NCBI GenBank assembly: GCA_963664115.2
Contig: CAXWPJ010000012.1
Span: 32,001-96,000, forward strand
Length of the DNA stretch: 64,000 bases
Source of the DNA: Terriglobia bacterium
Lineage (GTDB): Bacteria > Acidobacteriota > Terriglobia > 20CM-2-55-15
Direction of reading: 5' to 3'
Shown: one piece after another, positions 22,409-32,110 of the stretch
Layout: the number at the start of each line of letters is the position of its first letter
How positions within the stretch are numbered: position 1 is the first letter of the stretch
Translations under genes and position numbers: made by a program
The notes under the pieces: model-generated
The model's input: the letters and a program-made list of their open reading frames with translations, nothing else
The model's database searches: none
What the model was told of the DNA's origin: nothing

Positions 22409-22917
22409 CTTTTGGAGCTTCAGCCTGGCCGTCTGTCCGGCAGATTGTCACCATCAGAAAACACCGATGGAATCGGGCAACCGAGCGAATCCGCCAACTC
22501 CTTCGCGATCGTATTAAGCGCGGGTTTGCTGAAACCGAAATCGGCCATGCGAACCCTCCGCTCGCTATCTATCAAGTAAAGGGTTGGAACATAGTGTACT
22601 TCGTAAGAAGACGACACCCGATAGGGGTGTTCATCGATGACGACCGGGAATTCGAGTTTATATTCGGCGATAAAGCGAAGAGTTTCCGTGAAGTCGTCCT
22701 GGGAAATTCCCCAAATTCGGGGATTTTTATTCACGGTCAAACCGCTGAAAATATTTTGGATGAACGGAAACGTTAACTGAGAGGTGGGGCAGGAACTCTT
22801 ATAGAAGGCCAGCGCTATGGGGCCGGACTGAATCGCTTCCGAGAGTTTCAGCCGCGCGCCATCGGGCGTCTGCAACTGGAATTCGGGTGCAATGATTCCT
22901 TCTTCGAGGTGATCCAT
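22405..22917 (-). CDS. AhpC/TSA-TlpA thioredoxin-fold protein with probable C-terminal selenocysteine (...RPG-U-SSKS)
   Basis: APEF.L, FYKSSCPTS, GISQD, VPTLYLID; TGA at 22420-22422 followed by SECIS-like hairpin; next stop at 22405-22407. Confidence 0.8.
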
Positions 22918-23136
22918 ACTTGTTTTTCTATCCCAAAGCGTTTAAATACTTTGGACTTGTGCCGCAGTCGATATAATAACCCACGCAGATTCGTGGTCTA
23001 AGTCTTGGATCAAAATGTGAACCCGGTGGCCCGCAATTTCACAGCCCGACCTGGAGATTACGTCCGACTGACTCAGCATGTTACCTAGAAGTTTGGCGGC
23101 CTCCGGACGTCGAGCTGGTAAAGGACATAAGGACCC

Positions 23137-24335
23137 ATGGCGAAAATCGATGCTTTCTTTAATTTGATGAACGAAACAGGCGCGTCGGACCTTCATTTAG
23201 TTGCAGGGTCCCAGCCCATTCTCAGAGTCAGTGGAGAGTTAGAGCGTGTCAAGTACGACCCACTGGACGGCGATGAACTGAAGGCGATGCTCTATGAGAT
23301 CGCGCCCGAATTCAAAGTCAAGATCTTTGAGGAGACCGGCGACGTCGACTTCGGATACGAAATCCCGGGAGTCGCCCGCTATAGGGCAAACTTCTTTAAC
23401 CAGGCGCGTCGGACCTTCATTTAGTTGCAGGGTCCCAGCCCAGAACGGTCAAGTACGACCCACTCGCGATGCTGAAGGCGATGCTCTATGAGTCGCGCCC
23501 GAATTCAAAGTCAAGATCTTTTCACGTCGGCAGAGTCGCCCGCTATAGGGCGTCCACGATTTTGTTCAGGCCGTCCTGACCGCAATTGGGGCTCCCGCCT
23601 ATCCTGACGAAGTTCGCCATGCTCCACAAAGGATTGATACTCGTCACCGGCCCTACGGGTAGTGGCAAATCGACCACCCTGGCCGCCATTGTGGACCATG
23701 CGAACAAGAATCGAAAGGATCACATTTTGACCGTTGAGGATCCGATCGAGTTCGTTCACGAGAGCAAGAATTCCATCGTCAATCATCGTGAAGTCGGCCT
23801 GCACACGAAGTCGTTCGCCGCCGCGCTCCGTGGGGCCTTGCGTGAAGACCCCGATATCATTCTCGTCGGCGAGATGCGCGACCTGGAAACAATCTCGTTG
23901 GCAATAGAAGCCGCGGCAACCGGTCACCTCGTGTTTGGAACCCTCCATACGCCAAGCGCCGCCAAAACGGTAGACCGCGTGATCGATGTTTTTCCAGCCG
24001 GCCAGCAGAACCAGATTCGAAACACGCTGTCGGAGGCTCTTAAGGGTGTCGTCGCACAGAACCTGTTCAAGCGCATCGATAAAAAGGGCCGCGTTGCCGC
24101 GCTGGAAATCCTTGTCGTAACCCCTGCGATTTCCAACCTGATCCGTGAGGCAAAGACCTTCCAGATCCCGGGCATGTTGCAGGTGGGTAAGAAATTCGGC
24201 ATGCAGACACTCGACGACGCCATTATGGGCATGTTGAACAAAAAGATCATCAGCCCGGAAGACGCGTACAATAAAGCAAACGATAAGAATAAGTTCCGGC
24301 CGTTACTCAAGAATCCGCCTGAAGAATGGCAGTAG
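23137..24335 (+). pseudogene. pilT: Type IV pilus retraction ATPase PilT, disrupted by a scrambled duplication at 23401-23551
   Basis: GASDLHL, YRANFF; then [33 protein letters not shown]. Confidence 0.85.
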
Positions 24336-24401
24336 TGATTTTTGACCACGCGTGAAGCGCGATGGGGCTCGAATCTCTCGTGTTTTTGGAGTAGATGGAC
24401 T

Positions 24402-25564
24402 ATGAGAAGAGCCGAAGTTGATTACATTCTCGGTACTATGCTGGACTTCGACTCCGGAGTCTCGGATCTGAACATTACGGCGGACAAGCCGTTCCAGGTC
24501 GAAACGTCCGGTGAACTGGTCAAAGTGGATATTGATCCACCGATTGAAAAACTCACGCCGTTCCAAACCGAGACTCTGGCCCTCAATCTGATCAACAGCA
24601 GCCGCCGACTGACCAGCGACCTTCTAAAAACCGGCTCCTGTGACCAGTCGTATTCTCTGGGCCAGAAGGCCCGCTTCCGCGTCAACATCTTCACCCAACG
24701 CGGCCACTACACGATCATCCTCAGAAGATTATCGACTGAAATACCCTCGTTGTCGCAATTGAACCTTCCTCCGGTGTTTGGAACGATGGCCAAGGAAAAA
24801 ACAGGCCTAGTTCTGGTTACTGGAGCAACTGGTAGCGGTAAATCGACCACGCTGGCTGCGTTGTTGAATGAATTCAATGAGACCAAGTCGATTCATATCG
24901 TCACGCTAGAGGACCCGGTCGAGTTCGTCCACCCCCAGAAGAAAGCGACCTTCAACCAACGTGAAATGGGAGGCGACTACGACACCTTCGCCTCCGGACT
25001 CCGTGCCGCCCTCCGCCAGGCGCCGAAGGTCATTCTCGTCGGCGAGATGCGCGACCGGGAGACCGTCGAGATCGGCCTCTCGGCCGCCGAAACGGGACAC
25101 CTTGTGCTGAGCACATTGCACACAATCAACGCCGGACAAACGATCAACCGTATCGTGGTATGTTTGAGCAGGAAGAGGAAAAGCAGATACGCATCCGGCT
25201 GGCCGAAACGCTGAGATGGATCGTCGCTCAACGGCTTCTGCCTAAAGTAGGGGGAGGCCGCGTGGCCGCGCTTGAGATCATGGGCAGCAACCTGCGCACC
25301 CGGGACTCGATCGAGCATGGAGAGTCTGAAGGCAAAACTTTTTACGAGATTCTCGAAGCTTCAGCCTCTTTCGGTTGGAAGAACTTCGACATGACAATGA
25401 TCGAGTTGTTTGAGGAAGGTGTCGTCACAGAAGAGTCGGCGCTGCTCTATTGTACGAGCAAGGGCGTCACCTCCCGGGGTATCGACAGGGTCAAGAAAGA
25501 ACGGGGCGAGGATACGAGCGGGGTCACTGGCTTGAGTATGGACGTAGAATACGGGAAGAAATGA
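24402..25564 (+). pseudogene. Second PilT/PilU ATPase with a 1-nt frameshift near 25157
   Basis: [26 protein letters not shown]; ATCGTGGTATG lacks one G relative to I-V-G-M. Confidence 0.85.
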
Positions 25565-25565
25565 T

Positions 25566-26030
25566 ATGAGTAGCGAAGACAACGAAATTGTAGAGATTGG
25601 AGATAAGACCGCCCTGATTTGTGACGACGGACCTTTAGCAAATGACCTCAAGGCCACACTGCAAGAATTGGGGTTCAAGTGTCACACCGCAGAGGCAGCG
25701 GACCGGGCGATCGAGCGCATGAAATATACTGCTTACGATGTCATCGCAGTCGCTGAGAACTTTGCGGGATCAACCCTTGAAACCAACGGGGTCATCCAGT
25801 ACCTGGCTCCCCTACCGATGGCGCAACGCCGGAACTCCTACGTGGTCGCGGTGGGAGATTCCTTCCGAACTCTCGACGCCATGCAGGCCTATGCGAATAG
25901 CATCCACCTTGTCGTCAATCCGACTGATGTCCCCAACCTCGGGGCAATCCTGAAAAAGGGTCTCGCCGACTTCGAACTCTTTTACAGGGTCTACAGGAGT
26001 GTTCTGGTGGAAACGGGAGAAGTCGCGTAA
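25566..26030 (+). CDS. Receiver-like hypothetical protein
   Basis: ALICDD...LGFKC..A...A...YDVI pattern; directly follows the pilT pair. Confidence 0.6.
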   Translation: MSSEDNEIVEIGDKTALICDDGPLANDLKATLQELGFKCHTAEAADRAIERMKYTAYDVIAVAENFAGSTLETNGVIQYLAPLPMAQRRNSYVVAVGDSFRTLDAMQAYANSIHLVVNPTDVPNLGAILKKGLADFELFYRVYRSVLVETGEVA

Positions 26031-26048
26031 GGACTTGGAAGACCACTG

Positions 26049-26420
26049 CTAGCGGTTTTCGAAAGCAGCGGCGTGTTGGAACTCTCTGCGATATGCGATG
26101 TCGGTAATTAGCGGGATATCGATTTCCACCGCGTAGGTTACCGTAAGCCCGAGAATCGCCTCGTCGTCCTGGACGTCAAACCTGATTGTCTCTGTGGGTA
26201 TTTTGAGCTCACGGGCTTTAGCGCTAACCAACTGCAGCAGGTCATCACTGCTCCGCTCCTGCGAACCCGCCAATTGGACGGCGAACGCGATGTATTCCCC
26301 GAATTCATCATCGCGCATGACAGCACTGATGTAACCCGACGCCAGGTAGGTATAAAAGACCGCGACGAACAACCAGAGGAAGAGAACGATGCGCGCGCGC
26401 CCTGCTTTCTCTTTCTCCAT
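26049..26420 (-). CDS. Hypothetical single-pass membrane protein
   Basis: Charged N-terminus followed by a hydrophobic helix. Confidence 0.55.
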   Translation of the reverse strand: MEKEKAGRARIVLFLWLFVAVFYTYLASGYISAVMRDDEFGEYIAFAVQLAGSQERSSDDLLQLVSAKARELKIPTETIRFDVQDDEAILGLTVTYAVEIDIPLITDIAYRREFQHAAAFENR

Positions 26421-26469
26421 TGTTGTGTTCCCCAAAAGCTCCGTGTCGGTGTTTCGCTGGAACGAAGCT

Positions 26470-26748
26470 CTAAGATTCGTCAGACTCTGATTCTAAAGAC
26501 TGACCAAAATCAAGCTGGCCGGAATTTCCATTCAAAGATCGAACGAATTCCAGTACGTCTGTTTTCTGCGGTCCCGAAAGTTCTTTCAGCCCGTCCATGA
26601 TCTCGATGAGCGTCCGGTCCCGGGATGAACCATTGCGGGAAGAACTGCGGGAAGAACTGCGGGAAGAACCGTTGCGACGACCGTTTCCGTTCAGCTTCAT
26701 CAGCCGCTCGAAATGCTCGTCAATTCCGTCCAGAAAGTCATGATCCAT
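26470..26748 (-). CDS. Hypothetical protein with low-complexity Ser/Arg linker
   Basis: SSRS repeats; tail L...QKTDVLEFVRSL. Confidence 0.5.
   Translation of the reverse strand: MDHDFLDGIDEHFERLMKLNGNGRRNGSSRSSSRSSSRNGSSRDRTLIEIMDGLKELSGPQKTDVLEFVRSLNGNSGQLDFGQSLESESDES
26634..26669. repeat. 12-bp tandem repeat x3
   Basis: TGCGGGAAGAAC three times. Confidence 0.9.
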
Positions 26749-26829
26749 GACCACGGTACTCCATTCACTCATTATCGAACAGGGACATCAAACGTTCAAA
26801 AACCCGATCGAAACCCACCCGGGCCACCG

Positions 26830-27015
26830 TCAGGTCTTGAGGCGAACATCGTCTTTGGGACATACCCAGTACATGCCGCCCGGCATGCGTGCCGATTTGA
26901 TCACTTTCGTAGCGATCATTGGCGTTTCACACTGGGGACAGGGCTTAACAAATCCACCCGTCCTGTCCTTGCCGAGGCTGGCGCGAGCCGTCTTACTGAG
27001 TTTTCCACCTGCCAT
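26830..27015 (-). CDS. Small basic zinc-ribbon-like protein
   Basis: CPQC...WVCPKD. Confidence 0.55.
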   Translation of the reverse strand: MAGGKLSKTARASLGKDRTGGFVKPCPQCETPMIATKVIKSARMPGGMYWVCPKDDVRLKT

Positions 27016-27125
27016 ATTACTTTCAAGCCTCCGATACTCTCAAAGTCGCTAACTACCAATGATAACTGAACTTCGCCGCAACCGCTAATAAATGGGGAGG
27101 TGGGATCGTGCGCCAGGTCGTTCGT

Positions 27126-27713
27126 TCAGAGGTCCTGTTTGAACGAGGGGCGACCCAGATTCTGGAACTCCTCCGGTGTATCGACGTCCACCAATATTCC
27201 GGGATCGTCAACGACCACTTCCAGAACGCGTTCCGGCCTGGCATCGACGATAAGATTCGCTCCCCTCTGGGGCGAAAGCCCGAGTACTTCATCCAGCGGA
27301 ACCCGGCCAAAGAGAGCAGGGTGACCGCGACGTCCATTCCGAACGGGCAGGACAATAGACTCTGCTGATGCCTGGCTTCCCAGCTTTTCAACCGTGTCGC
27401 GCGTGACGAGAGGATGGTCGACGAGAAAAAGCATCGCTGCAATCGCGTCATCGGGAAGCACTCGTATCGCTGCCTGGAAGGACGTCGTCATCCCTTCTTT
27501 GTAGTTTGGGTTGTAAATCCATTCGGGAATCTCGATCCTTTCCAGGATCGCGTCCCTGTCGTGGCCGAGAACCACGATCGGGCTTCGAATCGAAGATTGA
27601 GCGATTGTGCTAAGAATGCGCTTGAGAAAAGTTTGACCCTGGTATTCCAGGAGAGCCTTGGGCTGACCCATCCGTTCTGACTTTCCTGCAGCGAGAATGA
27701 TAGAGCTTATCAA
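27126..27713 (-). CDS. MocA/MobA-like nucleotidyltransferase
   Basis: ILAAGKSERMGQPKALL, LVDHP, GHP, DVDTPE. Confidence 0.88.
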   Translation of the reverse strand: MISSIILAAGKSERMGQPKALLEYQGQTFLKRILSTIAQSSIRSPIVVLGHDRDAILERIEIPEWIYNPNYKEGMTTSFQAAIRVLPDDAIAAMLFLVDHPLVTRDTVEKLGSQASAESIVLPVRNGRRGHPALFGRVPLDEVLGLSPQRGANLIVDARPERVLEVVVDDPGILVDVDTPEEFQNLGRPSFKQDL

Positions 27714-27717
27714 TGGG

Positions 27718-28524
27718 TCAGTGGGTCAGTGCGTAGACGACGAAGTTGATAGCCAGCCGGTAGGCGAAGCCCGAGAAGTAGTTGGGATACTGAGGGTGAT
27801 CGGCATGCTCATAAGCATCGCCTAAATCCGTATTGTGGTTGATCACAACCATGAGCCGGCCCATGTCATCCCAAATTCCCTTGCAATAGGCCTCAAATCC
27901 GTCCTGTTCGACGACGATGCCGTTGAAGATGTAATTCAGGCTCGGTACCTGTACGAGTGCATCAATATCGTAAACGGTGTGGAAAATTGGATGATCGCCC
28001 GGGATGTCCTTGATCTCTGCACCCGGAAGAATCTTCTCAATCTGAGCTTCCATATTGCGCCACTCGAAGCTCCCCCAAAAGTCGTCGAGAACCCAGAAGC
28101 CGCCGCGGTTCAGATACTCCCGCATGATAGCCGCATCGGCGTCGCTCAACACCATCTGGCCCGGCTCGCTCGTGTAGAGGAATGGATACTGAAATAATTC
28201 CGGGTCGTTCAGCGGAACCACACGCTCATGGTCCGCAATGCTCACGTTCGAAAGCCTCTGAAGTCCCATGATCAGTTGGCGATCGGACTTCGGCCAATCC
28301 GTGTACCAGTTCTTGATGTAATGGGGGATCATGCCGTTGTAGACGAGTCGAGCAAATACAAACTGGTTCGTCCGCCCTGAATCCTGGACGATGCGCTTGA
28401 CGTCTTTGTAGTTTCCCTCGTAGTAAAGCTGGGGCTGGTCGGGAAAGGAATCGTATTGGCCCAGCAATCCCGAGGCAAACAACAGGCCGACGACGATAGA
28501 CAAGACGACTCGTGGGCGGGTCAT
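27718..28524 (-). CDS. DUF4159-like secreted protein
   Basis: W.TDWP.SD, YPFLY, LNRGGF..LDDFWG, HPIF, NTDLGDA.E. Confidence 0.85.
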   Translation of the reverse strand: MTRPRVVLSIVVGLLFASGLLGQYDSFPDQPQLYYEGNYKDVKRIVQDSGRTNQFVFARLVYNGMIPHYIKNWYTDWPKSDRQLIMGLQRLSNVSIADHERVVPLNDPELFQYPFLYTSEPGQMVLSDADAAIMREYLNRGGFWVLDDFWGSFEWRNMEAQIEKILPGAEIKDIPGDHPIFHTVYDIDALVQVPSLNYIFNGIVVEQDGFEAYCKGIWDDMGRLMVVINHNTDLGDAYEHADHPQYPNYFSGFAYRLAINFVVYALTH

Positions 28525-28769
28525 CCGCCCTCCTGCACTTGCACCTGAGGACCCAGATACAGGGTCCTCAAAGTGTAGTAAACGGGAATCAAGAACATCA
28601 CCAGCAGTATCAGAGCGACCACACGCAATACCACCTTCTTGAACGGATGCTCCCCGACTGCGTCATCGATTGGATGAACATCGGCGTGGTCTTCGCAAAA
28701 GTCGTCTCCAGGAAAAGCTTCCCTGTCGCACTGCTGACCGGACATGTAGAGATGTAGGCAACGTTCCAT
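28521..28769 (-). CDS. Small membrane protein with a C3H zinc-finger-like N-terminus
   Basis: C-x9-C-x10-C-x2-H followed by a TM helix; ATGA overlap with the next gene. Confidence 0.6.
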   Translation of the reverse strand: MERCLHLYMSGQQCDREAFPGDDFCEDHADVHPIDDAVGEHPFKKVVLRVVALILLVMFLIPVYYTLRTLYLGPQVQVQEGG

Positions 28770-28816
28770 GAGGTCGATACGGTTATCATAAATAGAACCG
28801 ACAGACATCTTCAACG

Positions 28817-29302
28817 ATGAAACGACTTATTCGACCCGCGCTACCCGACGATTTCGCAACTCTTGTAGCCATTGATCAGAACTGTTTCGAAGAAGACGTC
28901 GCCTACGATGCATACGAATTAAGATATTTCATGTCACAAAGCAGTGCGACGACTCTTGTCGCTGAAGTGGATGGAGCCATAGCCGGGTTTCTATTGTTTG
29001 AAATCAGAGGGGCTCAATCCGGGGCCACCCTGGCCACTCTGGTCACTCTGGACGTTACAGACATCTACAGGAACGCGGGAATCGGCTCCGCGCTTCTAGC
29101 CCACTCTGAAGAACTACTGGCAAACCACCACACTACCTGTTACCGATTACAGGTTGACACGACCAACAGCGTAGCCCTTGAGTTCTACAGCCGACGCGGC
29201 TTCCAAGTCGTTCGTACGCTCCGGCATTATTACCCTAACGGCGCGGACGCTTATCTTATGGAAAAACGGCTTGGTGCATTGACCTGCGTGCGTGAGGGTT
29301 GA
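28817..29302 (+). CDS. GNAT N-acetyltransferase (RimI-like)
   Basis: RNAGIGSALL, N..AL.FY...GF, YYPNGADAY.M. Confidence 0.85.
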   Translation: MKRLIRPALPDDFATLVAIDQNCFEEDVAYDAYELRYFMSQSSATTLVAEVDGAIAGFLLFEIRGAQSGATLATLVTLDVTDIYRNAGIGSALLAHSEELLANHHTTCYRLQVDTTNSVALEFYSRRGFQVVRTLRHYYPNGADAYLMEKRLGALTCVREG

Positions 29303-29365
29303 CGCCCTGAGCGTTCCGATTCCCCGCCAAAGCCGCACCCGCCACGGGAGATTCTGCGCCGACAA

Positions 29366-30229
29366 CTATTGATCTGGACTCGCCCCCGATCCAAAGAGCG
29401 CGGGATCGCGAACCGTCAGATTGAAACTATCCACCTCGTTCATCGGCGCACAGATCGCTTCGGTAATGCCGGAGAACAAGCCTTTCCATCCGGAATAGTT
29501 ATAGGATTCGGGTGGCTCACGCGTGAAGGTCTTCGGCCGGATCTCGGTCCAGGGAGCGGTATAAAACGTTGGGTCATCAATAGTCAATCGAACTTCTATG
29601 GTATCTGCATCAATCCGTTTGATGCGCTCTTCCACCCGCGCGTGGAGACTGAGAGGATAGGCTCTGCTCTGATCGGCCCAGGCTCTTTCATCCAGCCCCA
29701 CCGTATTGACAACGAGTGTGTCTCCCTCCCATTCACCAACGGAGTGCCCATACCACGCCGGCCCGAGGTCATCGAGGTTCTCACCCGTGGGCAGGTCCCG
29801 GCCGTCAAGCCAGACTTCACGGAGCGTTCGCTCCCACTGGAACAGTTGCAATATCCTGTCTCCGACTTGCAGAAATTCTACCGGTTCGTTTTCATCGTAA
29901 ACGAGACGTGGGAAACCCTGGGGGTTACAGGCATAGATCGGGTCGTTGGAAAGCGCCGGAGAACCCGCTTCACGGTCGGTGAGTCGCGCACCATGCAGCA
30001 GGGCCCCTTCCGGCGTCATCGGAGGTGCGGGTTCGACCCCACGCCCTTGGGTCAGGCGCCAGATTCCGGACAAATCGCGTGGGTCGAAATCCTGCCTCGC
30101 CGAGCCTGCCTCACCTGCAGGTCCGCGCTCTGGAAGCGGAACTGCCGCGGTTCCACTCACGGATGTCATGAAGGCGATGAAGAGCATGGACGCCAGGAGA
30201 GGCGCAAAAGGGACGAAGCGAACTCTCAT
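29366..30229 (-). CDS. Secreted hypothetical protein (DUF6152 partner family)
   Basis: DPRDLSGIW, CNPQGFP, GHSVGEWEGDTLVV, ICAPMNEV; close paralog of 50834..51649. Confidence 0.8.
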   Translation of the reverse strand: MRVRFVPFAPLLASMLFIAFMTSVSGTAAVPLPERGPAGEAGSARQDFDPRDLSGIWRLTQGRGVEPAPPMTPEGALLHGARLTDREAGSPALSNDPIYACNPQGFPRLVYDENEPVEFLQVGDRILQLFQWERTLREVWLDGRDLPTGENLDDLGPAWYGHSVGEWEGDTLVVNTVGLDERAWADQSRAYPLSLHARVEERIKRIDADTIEVRLTIDDPTFYTAPWTEIRPKTFTREPPESYNYSGWKGLFSGITEAICAPMNEVDSFNLTVRDPALFGSGASPDQ

Positions 30230-30299
30230 TTGATTGATCCTCCCGCCGATCAAAGGTTTACGTCACAAGGTTTCCAATCATGCTGAACGCTGACAACCA

Positions 30300-30794
30300 T
30301 CAATTCTTAACTTCCCTTGCAAACAACGGTCTGAGTTTCTGGTAGGACACCGCGAGATCTTCGGGCAACACGCGCGTTTCTCCTGTTGCGGTCATGAAAT
30401 TCACATCAGCACACCAACGTGGAACGACGTGGAGGTGCAAGTGGTCGCGAACGCCGGCGCCGGCGCATTCTCCAATATTCATCCCGATATTGAAACCCTC
30501 CGGACGGTACACCTCTTCCAGGATACGGACCGCGTCACCCGACAAAGCCATCATCTCGTTCATCTGCTCCGAATCGGTCTCGGAAAGCCTGGCGCAGTGA
30601 GCGTAGGGCACCACCATAAGGTGACCTGTGCTATAGGGGTACAGGTTCATGATGACGAAATTGAATCGGGCGCGGAAGAGCACCAGCCGTTCTGTGTCGT
30701 CGTCGGGCAACTCGCCGATACAGAATACACAGCTCTTGGAGGCGGTGGTGGAAGACACATAGGCGTACCGCCACGGACTCCAGAGTAAATCCAT
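30300..30794 (-). CDS. HIT family hydrolase
   Basis: LWSPWR, NLYPY..GHLM, HLHLHVVPRW. Confidence 0.92.
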   Translation of the reverse strand: MDLLWSPWRYAYVSSTTASKSCVFCIGELPDDDTERLVLFRARFNFVIMNLYPYSTGHLMVVPYAHCARLSETDSEQMNEMMALSGDAVRILEEVYRPEGFNIGMNIGECAGAGVRDHLHLHVVPRWCADVNFMTATGETRVLPEDLAVSYQKLRPLFAREVKN

Positions 30795-30808
30795 TTCCAG
30801 CGCTGCCG

Positions 30809-31129
30809 CTAAAAGCTGGGTGGGGCGGCGGGAGGCTCAACGACCGGATCGGTCTTCGGGTTGATCAGATCCTTGAGCTCTTTGCTGGGCTTGAAGTAAG
30901 GTACGCGCTTAGCCGGCACCTCGACTTTCTCGCCGGTCTTAGGGTTCCGCCCAACACGGGCGTTTCGCTCACGAACCCTAAAGCTTCCGAAACCCCGTAC
31001 TTCAAGTTTGTCGCCGGCTCTGAGAGCCTTGATCACGCTCTCGAATAGGGTATCCACGATGACTTCCGAGTCCTTGCGTGTCAGGTCGGTTACCCGAGCC
31101 ACTTCTTCAACCAGGTCTGCCTTGGTCAT
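30809..31129 (-). CDS. ihfB: Integration host factor beta subunit
   Basis: MTKADL, RGFGSF, GRNPKTG, FKPSKEL. Confidence 0.9.
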   Translation of the reverse strand: MTKADLVEEVARVTDLTRKDSEVIVDTLFESVIKALRAGDKLEVRGFGSFRVRERNARVGRNPKTGEKVEVPAKRVPYFKPSKELKDLINPKTDPVVEPPAAPPSF

Positions 31130-31154
31130 TACCCTTTAACTCCTTACCGTTATT

Positions 31155-32048
31155 TCACTTCCACAAGTACTGAAATCGCATATGCGACTCCGCAACCCCT
31201 CTGTTGAAGGGAAGGATGCGCGAAATGTCGCCGGTGAAAACATCGAGCAGTGTTACGCGTTCCTGTCGGAGCTCAATCAAACGTGGCTTCCCTTCGATCC
31301 CGGCAAGCCGTGCCGTCAGATCGATCGCATCCTGCAGGTTCCCAGTTTCATCGATCATGTTCAAGTCTTTAGCCTCTCGACCCGTAAACACTCGCCCATC
31401 CGCAAACTCGCGGACCACGTCGACATCCAGATTGCGGCCCAAAGCCACAGCCTCCACAAACTGGTCGTACATGTCGTCGATCAGCCCCTGGAAATACTCC
31501 CTCTCCGAAGCGGTCAGGTCCCGGGTCGGTGTACCGGTATCTTTAAATTCCCCGCTCTTCAGGATGATGTTGGATACGCGGGCCCATTCCAACAACTCGC
31601 CATAGTTCAACCACTCGGCAATCACGCCGATGCTACCGACAATCGTGCCCGGACTGGCAAGAATCTCGGCGGCGGCGCAGGCAATGTAATAGGCGCCTGA
31701 TGCTCCAACCGAAGACAAGTAGGCAACGACCACCTTTCCTTTATCTTCCCGAAGGCGTCGAACTTCAGCATAAAGTTCTTGAGAAGTTGCAACCCCTCCA
31801 CCCGGCGAATTGATGTTGAGCAGAATGCCCCGGACGGACTCGGAATCTTCATACCGCTTCAACTGATCCAGAAGCATCCGGGAATCGGTCAATTCCCCGT
31901 CTATGTTGACAACCTGAATGCGATCTCCGAAAGCAAACTCGCCGCCGTCGCCCGAACCAATCGTCACGACCAGGGCTGCTACTGTCACCAGGAAAAGCAC
32001 AAAGGCTCCCCCAGCCAGGAGGAGCCATATAAACATACGGTTGCGCAT
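31155..32048 (-). CDS. sppA: Signal peptide peptidase SppA
   Basis: NSPGG, ASGAYY, GSIGV, DGRVFTG. Confidence 0.92.
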   Translation of the reverse strand: MRNRMFIWLLLAGGAFVLFLVTVAALVVTIGSGDGGEFAFGDRIQVVNIDGELTDSRMLLDQLKRYEDSESVRGILLNINSPGGGVATSQELYAEVRRLREDKGKVVVAYLSSVGASGAYYIACAAAEILASPGTIVGSIGVIAEWLNYGELLEWARVSNIILKSGEFKDTGTPTRDLTASEREYFQGLIDDMYDQFVEAVALGRNLDVDVVREFADGRVFTGREAKDLNMIDETGNLQDAIDLTARLAGIEGKPRLIELRQERVTLLDVFTGDISRILPFNRGVAESHMRFQYLWK

Positions 32049-32110
32049 AGAACGCCTCGTTACTATTTTCCGATCAGCCGATTGCCTGCCGATGCACCTG
32101 TCCGATCCGG

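Noticed and set aside
23401-23551. DGR template/variable repeat or CRISPR-like array
   Set aside because: Copies differ by deletions, not adenine-specific substitutions; no reverse transcriptase, regular spacers or cas genes in the window.
26790-26832. TGA stop of the zinc-ribbon ORF as a Sec codon
   Set aside because: No redox context and no in-frame domain continuation; other TGA stops (27718, 28521, 57655, 61328) are ordinary stops or ATGA overlaps.
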